DNA from: Mobula hypostoma
Lineage: Eukaryota
Assembly: GCF_963921235.1 (NCBI RefSeq)
Contig: NC_086108.1
Span: 38,876,001-38,940,000, forward strand
Direction of reading: 5' to 3'
DNA length: 64,000 nucleotides
In this document: piece after piece, positions 13,301 to 24,163 of the stretch
Layout of the letters: each line of letters opens with the position of its first letter
Position numbering within the stretch: the stretch's first letter is position 1
Translations under genes and position numbers: made by a program
The notes under the pieces: model-generated
Databases searched by the model: none
Seen by the model: the letters and a program-made list of their open reading frames with translations, nothing else
Told to the model about the DNA's origin: nothing

Positions 13301-14971
13301 GCTGTCTCCTTAACTTTCTTTCCCCTTAGAACAGCTAACAAGATTTAGTGTTCTGATTCTGAAGTGCAAAACTATTCCAGATTATTTTTCCTAGAAAAAA
13401 AAATCAAAATTATTATAAAATGATGTTGCCAGCAATAAATAGGGCTGCAGATCATAAGTAGAAATGTTTCAAATTTTGTAATTAATTCAAATAACCTAAG
13501 TCTATTAAAATTAAACATATAATTTTGAATTTGGATATGTTCTTTCCAGACAGTACCTTTACAATTAAAACTTTGAACTCCTCACACTAAACTTCATTGT
13601 ATTATTATTTCATTACGAAGTACTGTATTAAATACTACTCTAATTGATTGCCATTAACAGTGGCCTATATCTTGTTGGACATGATGTGTTGAAATCTCTG
13701 CCCATAGTTCCCACAGGGTCCATACTCATCCAAGCCACCTGAAGAGAAATTACCTTGTTGGCCTTCACGTTCATGTTGGATGGTAAGGTCTGGATGTTGA
13801 TTGCAATACATCCGACATAAGGTAGAGGTCCCAAGCCTGAAAAGGTCCTGTCAGAGGTTATAGCTGGTGTGATTAAAGCCATCACTGAACTTGATAATTT
13901 TTACATGACTTTCAGAATCAAAAATATTTAAAATCTGTAAACATGAAATAATAATTATTGGAAATAATAATTTGAAGTAAACTAATTATGACTTCCCCTT
14001 TGCCTCCTTACCCCCAAACTTAGAACGGCATTGAAATGGCTGTGCAAAAGTAAACCAGCCAACTAGTTTGTAGACTTGCCTACCTTTCAGCATGATACTG
14101 GGAAGTTTGAGCAAGACGGAGTTCCATCATTGGACTCCATGTGGAGTTCAGCAACAGAGTGCAGTGACAGACATCAGGTCACTTATCGGTCAGTAAGTCC
14201 AGAACACTTAGCACGTGCACATACTTTGGAGGCTTGAATCACTCCATTTCAAACATTTTCCCTCTGAAACATTGGTGGCAGCCAGCAAGATTCACCTGTG
14301 TTTTTGAGGTGCATCAATGACAAACCTATAACAATCCAAGTAACCAACAATAAATAGTTACAAGTCATCATTAGAAAAGCTTCAAATTGAATAATTAAAG
14401 GTATAATTTTGAAATTAAAACAGGTTTGTCAACCAGTAGAGTCCCTTTACTGTAAATATGTGTTCTTGCCACTTTAACCACCAGATATTCTCATCTCTAT
14501 GTTAATTTTGACATCTGAATTTAACAAGTTTGATGCAAACCATGTCTAAGTCACAACAGGCTTTATTGGAAAGTGATTCGATCTTCAATTATGGGACAAG
14601 ATGAGCAAGAATGAATCAGCTGCCTTTTGGATACCCTGCCCAATAGTCTTTTACTTTGACCTTAATTTTAAAAAATGACAGAATACAAAACTGCTGAATT
14701 TTGTTTAACTTGTTTTGTATGACCGTGCAAGACCAGCATATATCACAATGCTTAGTTAAACACTGTTAGATTTCACTTAAATTCATCTGGTGCATAAACC
14801 CTTAATATATGCGTTTGTTTTATTTTAATCAATAATGCCAGTCTAATTTCTTTTGGGGTAGAAATGGATGCAACTCTGTACATAAGCAAATTGGTCAGTG
14901 ACTAAAGGCTCGTAATTGATTCAGATGACGTTTAATAGTAGAGCATTCTGCCTTTTGATTTTCTTCAACAG

Positions 14972-15522
14972 AATTAATCCCTGGTGGATTTGGCTATGAA
15001 GATTCCAAAAGCTATGCTTTGTTTGTCATTGATAATGATCCAGGAGAAGAAGTGAACATATCCATGTTTGTTCGCTCTCACCAACCAGATGGTGCGTTAT
15101 TGATCCTGAGGAACAGTAGTGTTCTCTATCTACAGATGAAGTTGGAAGCTGGCCACGTGGTAGTCCGACCTCACTTGTCCAAACCTCTCACAAGTGATCA
15201 CTACATCACGGACAGTAAATTTTATTTAATAACTGTGGAAATAAAACAAAACAAAATGAAACTTGTTCAGATGGGACAAGTGGTAGGTCATGTACAAATT
15301 CCTCCGATTAGAATTCGAACTGGTGATGTAGTTTATATCGGAGGCTTGCCAGATCAGCTGGAACATGCTCAAGACACAAGACACTTTGAAGGATGCATCC
15401 AGGATGTAAAGATCAACAACAAGAGACTTGAATTTTATCCCATTAGTATCCCCAAGGAGACTTACAGTAACAGAATACTTGTCAATATAACAAGAGGCTG
15501 TAATGGCAACAGCACATGTAAG
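14972..15522 (+). CDS. CRB1: CRB1 exon 7 equivalent: laminin-G 2
   Basis: caacag|AA ... TGTAAG|gtacag, 551 bp, phase 1-0. LIPGGFGYEDS...ISMFVRS...GDVVYIGGLPD...FEGCIQDVKIN...GCNGNSTCK. Confidence 0.97.
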
Positions 15523-15682
15523 GTACAGTATACTGATTACATCACACATCTTCGTTCATTGAGTTTTATCTAATTGATTTGAAGACAACCAATTATAACT
15601 AAAATATCAGCACAGCACCATAATCTCAGAGCAAACAAGTATTTGTCACGAAGCCAACAGTAATGGAATCCATCATTTGAAC

Positions 15683-16085
15683 TACAGTGGATTGTGGTTA
15701 ATTGGGACCAGTAAACTTTGGTCTAATAGAGTACCTGCCTCAATGAACCAAAGTTTCAAGAAAATAGTTTAAAAAAGATACAAAAAAGACTGAGTAACAA
15801 ATTATGTGTTTAAATGAAATACAAATTAGCACATTACCAATACCACTGCAGTGCTATAAAACTGCGTATTAGTTGCTCACAGTTATCGACGGAGGAATGA
15901 ACCTCATATATGCTGTCGTGTTCTTTTGAAGAAGATCAGTCTAGACACCTAGCAGATAATAGACTGCCTTCATACAATGTTTTTGACAATCATATCCTTC
16001 AAATCTTCATTTTCATTGTAACATTCAAGATGATTGTCGATACTTTCAACTTCTTTGTAGTACCTAACTTGTTGAAGGAATGAAG
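15683..16085. mobile_element. Tigger/pogo-like DNA transposon fragment
   Basis: TA-CAGTGGATT...TTAATTGGGAC terminus. A related copy lies at about 38803-39320 and the opposite-orientation terminus at about 51340-51421. Confidence 0.55.
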
Positions 16086-16623
16086 TTATTACCGGAATCT
16101 ACTGTATTTTCTTACTCAAAGAATTTCAGAGACTCTTAAATCAATTAAAATGAAGGTAAACTGATTAAAAATATGAAAAAATATATTTACACATATTTTG
16201 GCTGACCTGCAAAGTATACTTTGCCTTCAATTCTTTGCCAAAATGCCTGTAAGTGGGAAGTACATGGAGTCAGTATAATTTAGAACAGAAGAACACAATT
16301 CAGATTTCATAATTATTACCACTATGTATCTAAATATGAAGATATACAGTGCTAATAGTGATAAAAATTTTGCATGACATACTGTCTAATTAAATCCTAA
16401 AAATTATTTAAGCATTAAAAATAAATGAAGGTGCTTATTGGTATCAGAGACTCAGTATGCAGTTCTTACAGGGCAACCTATTAATACAAATACAATTCTT
16501 TGAAAGGTAGACATTCCCCAGAGAATAAATATAGCACATTTTTCAGCAGTTAGATTTGGTATCTAGAATTGAATCTGCCAGATATAATTTTTAATTCTGT
16601 TTTTTTTTTATTTGTTTACCTAG

Positions 16624-16789
16624 TTCAGCCCTTGCTTGAATGGTGGAACCTGCTCTTCCATCAAGGATGACTTTGTCTGCAACTGTCCTTCGAATACCTC
16701 AGGAAAAACCTGCAACCAAGTCCAGTGGTGCCAGCTCAGTCCTTGTCCGCAGGGTTCAAAATGTCACCTGATCAGAGATGGATCTGATT
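16624..16789 (+). CDS. CRB1: CRB1 exon 8 equivalent: EGF
   Basis: cctag|TTC ... GATT|gtgagt, 166 bp, phase 0-1. [42 protein letters not shown]. Confidence 0.96.
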
Positions 16790-17335
16790 GTGAGTGGGGA
16801 ATTTCCCATTTTTCTCAACAGTTGTATTCTTCTAAGCTCAAAGTAAACTTTATTATCAAGGTATGGATATGTCATGAAATACTTCCCTGAGATTCGTTTT
16901 TGTAGGCATTCCCAGAAGAACAAAGAAGTTCAATAGAATTAATGAAAATTGGCAAATCGCGTAATTACAAAAAGAAACAAGTAATAATAAAAATAAACAA
17001 GTAAATAAATAAAACTATGAATATGAGATGTAGAGTCCTTGAAAGTGAGTTTACACTTTGAGAGAGGTTTGTTAGGAAAGGAGCAATATCACAAGTTCAT
17101 TACAGTTTTTGCTCTGTAGGGGGAGTCAGCCAGTAAGCTGCTATGGAAGTGCAACTGGCATTGTAGAACAGAAAACGGAAGTGTTGTTAGACATTTTGCC
17201 CCATTGGGTAGCATTTTATTTTGTGTCATCAAGTAAACATTAATCTAAAAGTGGGAATCACTACTTTGATCATCATGATAACACTCACAACACGCTGGAA
17301 GAACTCAGCAGGTCGGGCAGCATCTGTAGAAACGA

Positions 17336-17375
17336 TCAGTTCACGTTTCAGGCCGGAACCCTTCATCAGGACTGA
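17336..17375 (-). ncRNA. Minimal hammerhead ribozyme motif (PLE-associated, degenerate cleavage site)
   Basis: tcagtc-CTGATGA-agggttccggcct-GAAA-cgtga-actga. Confidence 0.6.
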
Positions 17376-17790
17376 AAAGGGAAGGGGCAGAGGCCCTATA
17401 AAGAAGGTAGGGGGAGGGTGGGAAGGAGAAGGCTGGAAAACACAATGGGTAGTAGAAGGAGGCGGAACCATGAGGGAGGTGATAGGCAGCTGGGGGAGGG
17501 GGCAGAGTGAAATGCAACTTCCGGTAATTCCCTCCCTCTCCCTTCCCCTATCCCTATTTCACTCTGCCCCCTCCCCCAGCTGCCTATCACCTCCCTCATG
17601 GTTCTGCCTCCTTCTACTACCCACTGTGCTTCCCCCTATTCCTTCTTCACCTTTCCTGCCTATCCCCTCCGTGCTTTCCCTCCCCCACCCCTTTATCTTT
17701 CCCCTTACTGGCTTTTCACCTGGAACCTACCAGCCTTCTCCTTCCCACCCTCCTCCCACCTTCTTTATAGGGCCTCTGCTCCTTCCCTCT

Positions 17791-17830
17791 TCAGTCCTGA
17801 CGAAGGGTTCCGGCTCGAAACATTGACTGA
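17791..17830 (+). ncRNA. Minimal hammerhead ribozyme motif (PLE-associated)
   Basis: tcagtc-CTGACGA-agggttccggctc-GAAA-catt-gactga. Confidence 0.6.
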
Positions 17831-18889
17831 TCATTTCCACGGATGCTGCCCGACCTGCTGAGTTCCTCCAGTGTGTTGTGAGCGTTGCTTTGACCCCAGC
17901 ATCTGCAGAGTACTTCGTATTTTTGATCATCATGATTGTTCCTACCTAATTGCAGAATAAAGCAGATTACATATTGAACCAAGCTTTCTTCACTGAAAGG
18001 TAAAACAGTCCATCTTTGGTGATTTTTGATAAAAAGAACATGGGGATTCCCATGGTGCTTGCTAGTGCCTCAAGGCGGCGTCAACATGCAAAATACAAAG
18101 ATAATCAGACTCTTTAATGAAATGCCAGGTCACATTGAACTTGAGAGAGGATTTACCACATTTCCAGATTTTAAATACACATATTAAAACAAAAGAAGCT
18201 GTAGCAGTTTTTATATTTAGATTTGAAAATGGGCATTAGGACTCACCCTCTAGGTCAGAGGTTCCCAAACTGGGGTCCTCGGCTCCCTTGCTTAGTGGTA
18301 TTGGTTATGTTTTGTAACTTCAAAACATTAAAATAATTCAAAGAAAGACATGCGAGTCCAAAATGTGAGTCTAACTTCATCTTTTACTTTAAGCGAGGTA
18401 TGCACATATCAAGTGGTAGCATGATGTATGTAATTCATATATTTATACATATAACCTGTAATTAATTAGTTAAATGAACATGAATGCTTAATCAATCAAT
18501 ATATATACATACAAGATTAGTCAAATATTATTGAAATATTAAATACACAACACTCCTCTCTGCTTAGCTATAAACTCCAACTCAATATAGAAAGCATCTC
18601 AACGATATACACTGTATACTATATAATATAATCACTATATACAGATATCCACAGTATAGCAAATTTTAAGGTGTACCCTTTTGAGGTGTAAAGATTTAAT
18701 TGCTCTGGGGGATTTTTTTTTATTCTTGTGGGATAAAACCTTGCCTGACAAGGGGGATCCCTCTGCTTGACAGGAGAGACTTGTGGCTGTGAACCTATCT
18801 CAGGTTCTGGAGCCTCCTTTGTGGTAGTTGTAAGTGTTGTCACTGAGACTGCAGGAAGTGTTTTAAACAGCTGTGGACACCTTTCTTGT

Positions 18890-19295
18890 CCTTCTCTCAG
18901 CTTTTCTCTTTCTTACTCACATTCTTTCTATCTCTTCTCTCCTTTTCAACTTGTCTTTCTTTCTCTTGCCTTGCTTCTTCTTCCTAGGATGTGTATCTTG
19001 ATCTTGGGAAAGTGCATTTAGTTCACTGGAGTATTCTCTTATTAATCCTTCTATTGATCCCTTTACGATCTGATCTCTTCTCTTGGTTTCTGCATCCACA
19101 ACATCAACTGACAAATCCTCTCTTTTCTTACCTGCATGGGCTCCTTTCTTTTTGGCCTTCTGTTGATCCAGCTGGACTTTGGTCTTTGCATCTACTTTTA
19201 CAAGCAGCTTTTTGTCTCCTCCTGGAAGCTCTTGTAATATCATTAATGAACACATAGTAGATTCTGGTTCTTTATACTCAAAAGCCGAATGCTTG
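18890..19295 (-). pseudogene. RBM25: RBM25 processed fragment, 3' part
   Basis: AFGF/EYKEPEST...KKLLVKVDAKTKVQLD...ETKRRDQIVKGSIEGLIREYSSELNALSQDQDTHPRKKK, recognised as the RBM25 RRM C-terminal half and following region; contains a frameshift and stop. Confidence 0.9.
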
Positions 19296-20692
19296 TGTAA
19301 CTCTTGGTTCGACTAGCAGCTTAATCTAGGGGTTGATAGCCCTTGACCTGGCCGAACTTAAGAAATCTCGTTTGGGTGGATGCTGCGATGTGTACCTTGT
19401 TACAAAACAGTACCACGAAATAACAAACAGTACACAATATGCGATTAAACGATTGAGCTTTATAATTCTTAATTTGACTATATGGTTAGTGAAGAAACAA
19501 AAAAAAGAAAAGGGCCCATTCTCATGAAACAGTCTTATGCGCAATGTTGGAGATCATGGTTCAGTCCGCTGGTTTCCCGTGGACCTCCTCCGAGCATAGC
19601 CGGCCCTTGGACCCTCACTCTAAGTCCACTCTGTCTGGTGGTTTACCAACTCTCTCCATTTGGGTCTTCTGTCCTTATCGCTCCCCAACAAAAGACTGTG
19701 AAATCCCTTTTCCCAGACCCACAAGAAAGAACAACATCCCTCTCATTGGGTAGCTCCACATTTCAAAGCTCCATTATCTCTAGTCGTAACCCAAACATTG
19801 CTGCTACAGAGAAACTATTACCTTTGCAGTGAAACCTCACAGCACATTATACTCTCCATTCCGCCTCCCCCCAACCAAATTTAGTCATGTCTTCATGACG
19901 TTGAGATAGTTCGCCAACTCCTCCTGCAAAACACAAAGTCCAATCCAGGAGTAGAAGGCAGTGACATAGCTCCCCAACACGGTAAGAGTCACAATCTGTT
20001 CCCCTGGTGTTACGTAGGCCAGCCTATCCAGTAGTCTGCTAATTCACTAAGACCTCCGTACCCCCTCACCTAACTCTTCAGGTTCAGTCAGAACTGGGGA
20101 TACTTCCGGTCTACCTGGAAAGGCCTCCCCCCACCCATCACTCGTGCCTACCTGCAATTCAGGTCCCTCAGTCCTGTGGCCAAGCCCCACTTCATCCCTT
20201 GCAGGGTCCCGCTGCAATCCAGGCTGTCCACAGATAGCTCCACCCCACTTCACCTGACAGCGGGAGAAGGGCTGGAAGTCTCTTCCTCAATCAATGGAGA
20301 GTTAACAGGTATCCAGGTCTTCATCCTCTGAATCAGTATCCCCCTCAGGGGTGGGGGCCGGTCTAACCTCGCCTGCTGTGGGCCCTGCAATCGCCCCGCA
20401 TTTCCGACAGGTCCTCTTACTAGGTGTAGTCTCCAAGTCAGGCTCTGGGTCTACCTGCACCTCTTGACCCAGGGGCAGCAGGTGGTTCCGATAGAGAATC
20501 TTGACAGGCCCATTCCCATCCTCTGGTTTCACCTGGAAAACCGGTAGGCTTGGCATTTCACTCTCCACCACATAGGGCTTAGCTGCCCAACAGTCTGCCA
20601 ACTTATTTTTCCCAGGTAGCCCGAATTCCTTATGAGGACCTGGTCTCTTGACAGGAGTTGAGAGAACCTCAGCTTTTGATCATATCTCCTCC

Positions 20693-20765
20693 AATTTCGG
20701 CATGGATTAGAAGGGCCAAGATGGTCTGTTTCTGTGCTGTAATTGTTATATGGTTATATGGTTAT
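20693..20765 (+). mobile_element. Short CR1 3'-end insertion within the Gypsy B integrase
   Basis: ggcatggattagaagggccaagatggtctgtttctgtgctgtaa followed by a (ttatatgg)n tail. Confidence 0.65.
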
Positions 20766-21963
20766 TTCCTTGATTCTGCTTGGCAACCATGATCCTGGCT
20801 AATTCATAAGCCCTTTTCAGCTTTCTTCTCATGTTAGACACATACTTCAGATAAGTCTTTGGTGGTAAGTCGCCCTCGTCAGTCCCAAAACAAAGATCAA
20901 TGGACAACCTCACCTCACGCCCAAACATCAGATAGTATGGCGAGTACCCAGTAGCTTGTAACTGTGGACCAGATGTCCAATATGTTGACTCCACCTGCTC
21001 TTCTTGCTGATCTCCAACGTCTTGAGCACGTCTAGCAATTAAACCTCTCGGGCTGGGGAGCACCCTGCGGATGATAGGGCATGGTCCTCGACTTCTCAAC
21101 TCCAAGCATGCCCGGTCACTCCTGGATGAGTCTGCTCTCGAAATCCCATCCCTAATCACTATATATCCACCTGGGAAGGCCATGATAAATGAAATATTTC
21201 TCCCAAAACATTTTGGCCACCATGGACTCCCTCTGGACTTTGGTAGGAAAAGCGTATGCATATCTCGTGTAGTGGTCCGTGATGACTAAGACAATTGCCG
21301 CATTGCTGGCATCAGGTTCTATTGACAGGAAATCCATACACATCAGGTCCAGGGGCCCTGCACTCTGCAAGTGGGACAAATGAGCTGCCCACGCAGGCAG
21401 TGTCTTCCACCGTGTGCATCGAATGCACGATTTGAAGTATTTTTCGACCTCTGACTTCATTCGGGGCCAGTAAAACCGGTCTCCGAGCAATCCATAGGTC
21501 TTTTCCACCCCAAAATGTCCAGAATCATCATGAAGTGACTTCAACTCCATCCTCCGATACTTCTCCTGCAGAACCAGCTGACAACGCCGAGGTCGGTCCG
21601 GGCGTGACGTGACCCGATATAAGATCTGGTTCCGCAACTCCATCCGAGGCCATTCTCTCAGTAATGGAGGCACCACTGTGTGTTTCGTCTTCCCTGCCTG
21701 AGCTATGTCTCCCTTTTTGACCGCTGACCAAATGATACCGTTGCCTGGGTTGTTTTGCTGAGCAGCTGCCACTTCCCCAGAACTCAATTCCGGCGGCTGA
21801 TTTGTCTTCAGAGCTGTCATGTTACACTAAACGTGGAGAATGGCATCATCGGAAGCTCCCATCTGCCTTCATGGTGATGGCAAACTGACACAGGGCCTCC
21901 ACCCCCGGGGCAGGAACGCTGTCTCACTCCTCGTCCCTGACCAGTCCCTCATGCACCCGTCAG

Positions 21964-22963
21964 TGTCATCAGGTGGTGGCTGGGAACAGACCCAACTGCA
22001 AGACACAGACACAAGTACTAGGGACAGGTCTAGGATACAGGGTGAGGGCTAGGACATGGACACGAAAACTGGGAACCTGGAACAGGACTGGACAAGAGAG
22101 CTAGGAGCCTGGGCTTGGACTCCAAGCCAGAGACTGGACAAGGACCCAGAACCTGGGTCTTGCCTCTGGCTCGGACCCCAGAACTAGGCAAGTACGTGAC
22201 TTGGCTGGCAGGCAGGATGAGGCTGGAGTCTTCAGACTTGAGGCAAGGCTGGAGACCAGAGGCTTGAGGCGAGGCTGGAGACCAGAGGCTTGAGGCTTGG
22301 GGTCTTGAACCTTGACTTGGGGCGAGGCTCGAGGCTTGGGGGTCTTGAAGCTGGGCTGGGGCGAGGCTTGAGACCAGAGGCTTGGGGTCTTGAAGCTCCT
22401 CCTGGGCAGGGTGCAGATCTCCACCCGACGGAGGCAAGGGACGGGAAGGGACAGAAGCAACCATAGGGTAACGGCAAGACAGCCTGGCTTACCCGACAGA
22501 GGCAAGGGACAGGAAGGGAGCTAAGTACAGGGTGGCTCCAAGACAAGACTTCAGGTGAGACGAAGTGAGAGTTACCAGCAAGACAAGGCAAGACTTCAGG
22601 CAATGCAAGGTGAGACAAGAACTTCAGGCGAGGCGAGAGTTACCGGCAAGACAAGGCAAGGCTTCAGGCAATGCAAGGTGAGACAAGAACTTCAGGCTAG
22701 GTGAGAGTTACCGGCAAGACAAGGCAAGGCTTCAGGCGAGGAAACAGAAGGCAGGGACAGGGATACGAGGAGTAAGGACAAGAACAATCCAGCAGCCACA
22801 CCCTGGTCTCTGGAGGTATTTATGCAGCCAGCCCCAACGAGCATCAGCTGCCTCAATTAGTGCTCAACAGGAACAGAAACAGGGTAGACAGGAAAACCTG
22901 GAGCAGGGGTCGATGGACTGGACCATGAACCGGAATGCGGACTTCACGGACTGGACCATGACA
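21964..22963. mobile_element. Solo LTR of a third family, inserted in Gypsy B pol
   Basis: TGTCAT...ATGACA termini, perfect 5-bp TSD GTCAG, 1000 bp, internal tandem repeats (gagaccagaggcttgaggc; caagacaaggcaaggcttcaggc). Confidence 0.88.
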
Positions 22964-24112
22964 GTCAGGACAAAGCATCAGCATCAATGTTCCTGCTTCC
23001 CGGCCGGTACTTCAGGCTGAAATCATAGGCAGACAATGCCACCAACCATCGATGGCCTGTGGCATCCAGTTTCGCTGAGATCAGGATATGTTAGGGTGTT
23101 GTTGTCCATTCTCACCTCAAACTTGGCCCTGAAGAGCTAGGCACTCAGCTTATCCGCCACCACCCATTTCAATGGAAGAAATTCCAACTTGTGCGTGGGA
23201 TAGTTTTTCTCGGAGGGCGACAGACTCCGGTTGACAAACACAACAGGTCTCAACCTGATGCCCTGATCCTGATACAGGACACCCCCCAAGCCCTCTTAGC
23301 TGGCATCCATGTGCAGTACATACGGTAATCGGGGGTCCGCAAAAGCCAGCACTTGGTGCCTGGATCAGCATCTCCTTCAGCGACTGAAAGACCTCTTCAC
23401 ATCTTGCATCCCAACTCGGTCCAAAGGGCTCCAACGGCTAAAATACTCTCCACCCTCCTGTCCTTTTTATCCCCCTCCCTTTCTTCCCCAATGGAGGTTA
23501 ACTGCACAGAAGCTGATTCATCGGGTGACTCATTTTTGTGTAGCCTTTCATGAATCTCTGCTAGTAACCACAGAAGCCGAGGAACAAGTGCAGAGTGCTC
23601 ACAGTCTGGGGTCTTGGCCAAGTGGTCACAACCTCTGTCCTAGCTGGACCTCTAGCTACTCCATCCCGTGAGACCATGTGCCCAACATAGCTAACAGATA
23701 TTTGGCAGAACTGGCACTTGTCCAGGGAAAATTTTAACCTTTCAGCTTTCAGGTGGTCCAGCACCTTCAGCAGCCTCACTTCACGTTCTTCCAAGGTGGA
23801 TCCAAACACTAGGAGGTCATCTGGATACACCAATACCTCAAGCAAGTTCATATCCCCCACCATCTTCTCCGAGACCCGCTGGAAGGTTGCAGGAGCTCCC
23901 GAGATGCCCTGGGGCATCCTTTCAAACTGGAAAAATCCCAGAGGGCATATAAATGCCATTTTCTCTTTGTTGGCCTCACTCATGGGGATCTGGTAATATC
24001 CACTCCTCATCCAGCACACTGAACCACTTCGCACCACTCATACAGGCCAGCTCATCTTCGATCCTCAGGACAGTATACTGGTCAGGGACGGTGCGCCTGT
24101 TCAGAGTCCTAT

Positions 24113-24114
<2 letters not shown>

Positions 24115-24161
<47 letters not shown>
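24115..24161. repeat. (CA)n microsatellite inside the Gypsy B RT
   Basis: About 23 uninterrupted CA units. Confidence 0.98.

Positions 24162-24163
<2 letters not shown>

Larger units (their letters stand above)
17280..17921. mobile_element. Penelope-like fold-back element (two inverted pLTR ends)
   Basis: Arm 17280-17512 is the reverse complement of 17558-17885 (right arm about 90 bp longer). 15-bp TSD tttgatcatcatgat at 17265-17279 and 17922-17936. Confidence 0.85.

Noticed and set aside
13640..13885. 81-aa minus-strand ORF in unique-looking intron 6 DNA
   Set aside because: No recognisable domain or coherent splice structure.
17221..17933. 201-aa and overlapping ORFs
   Set aside because: By-products of the Penelope inverted repeat and low-complexity purine/pyrimidine tracts.
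22030..22760. Pro/Ser/Gln-rich ORFs and CRISPR-like periodic repeats
   Set aside because: These are tandem repeats inside a solo LTR, with no unique spacers, in eukaryotic DNA.
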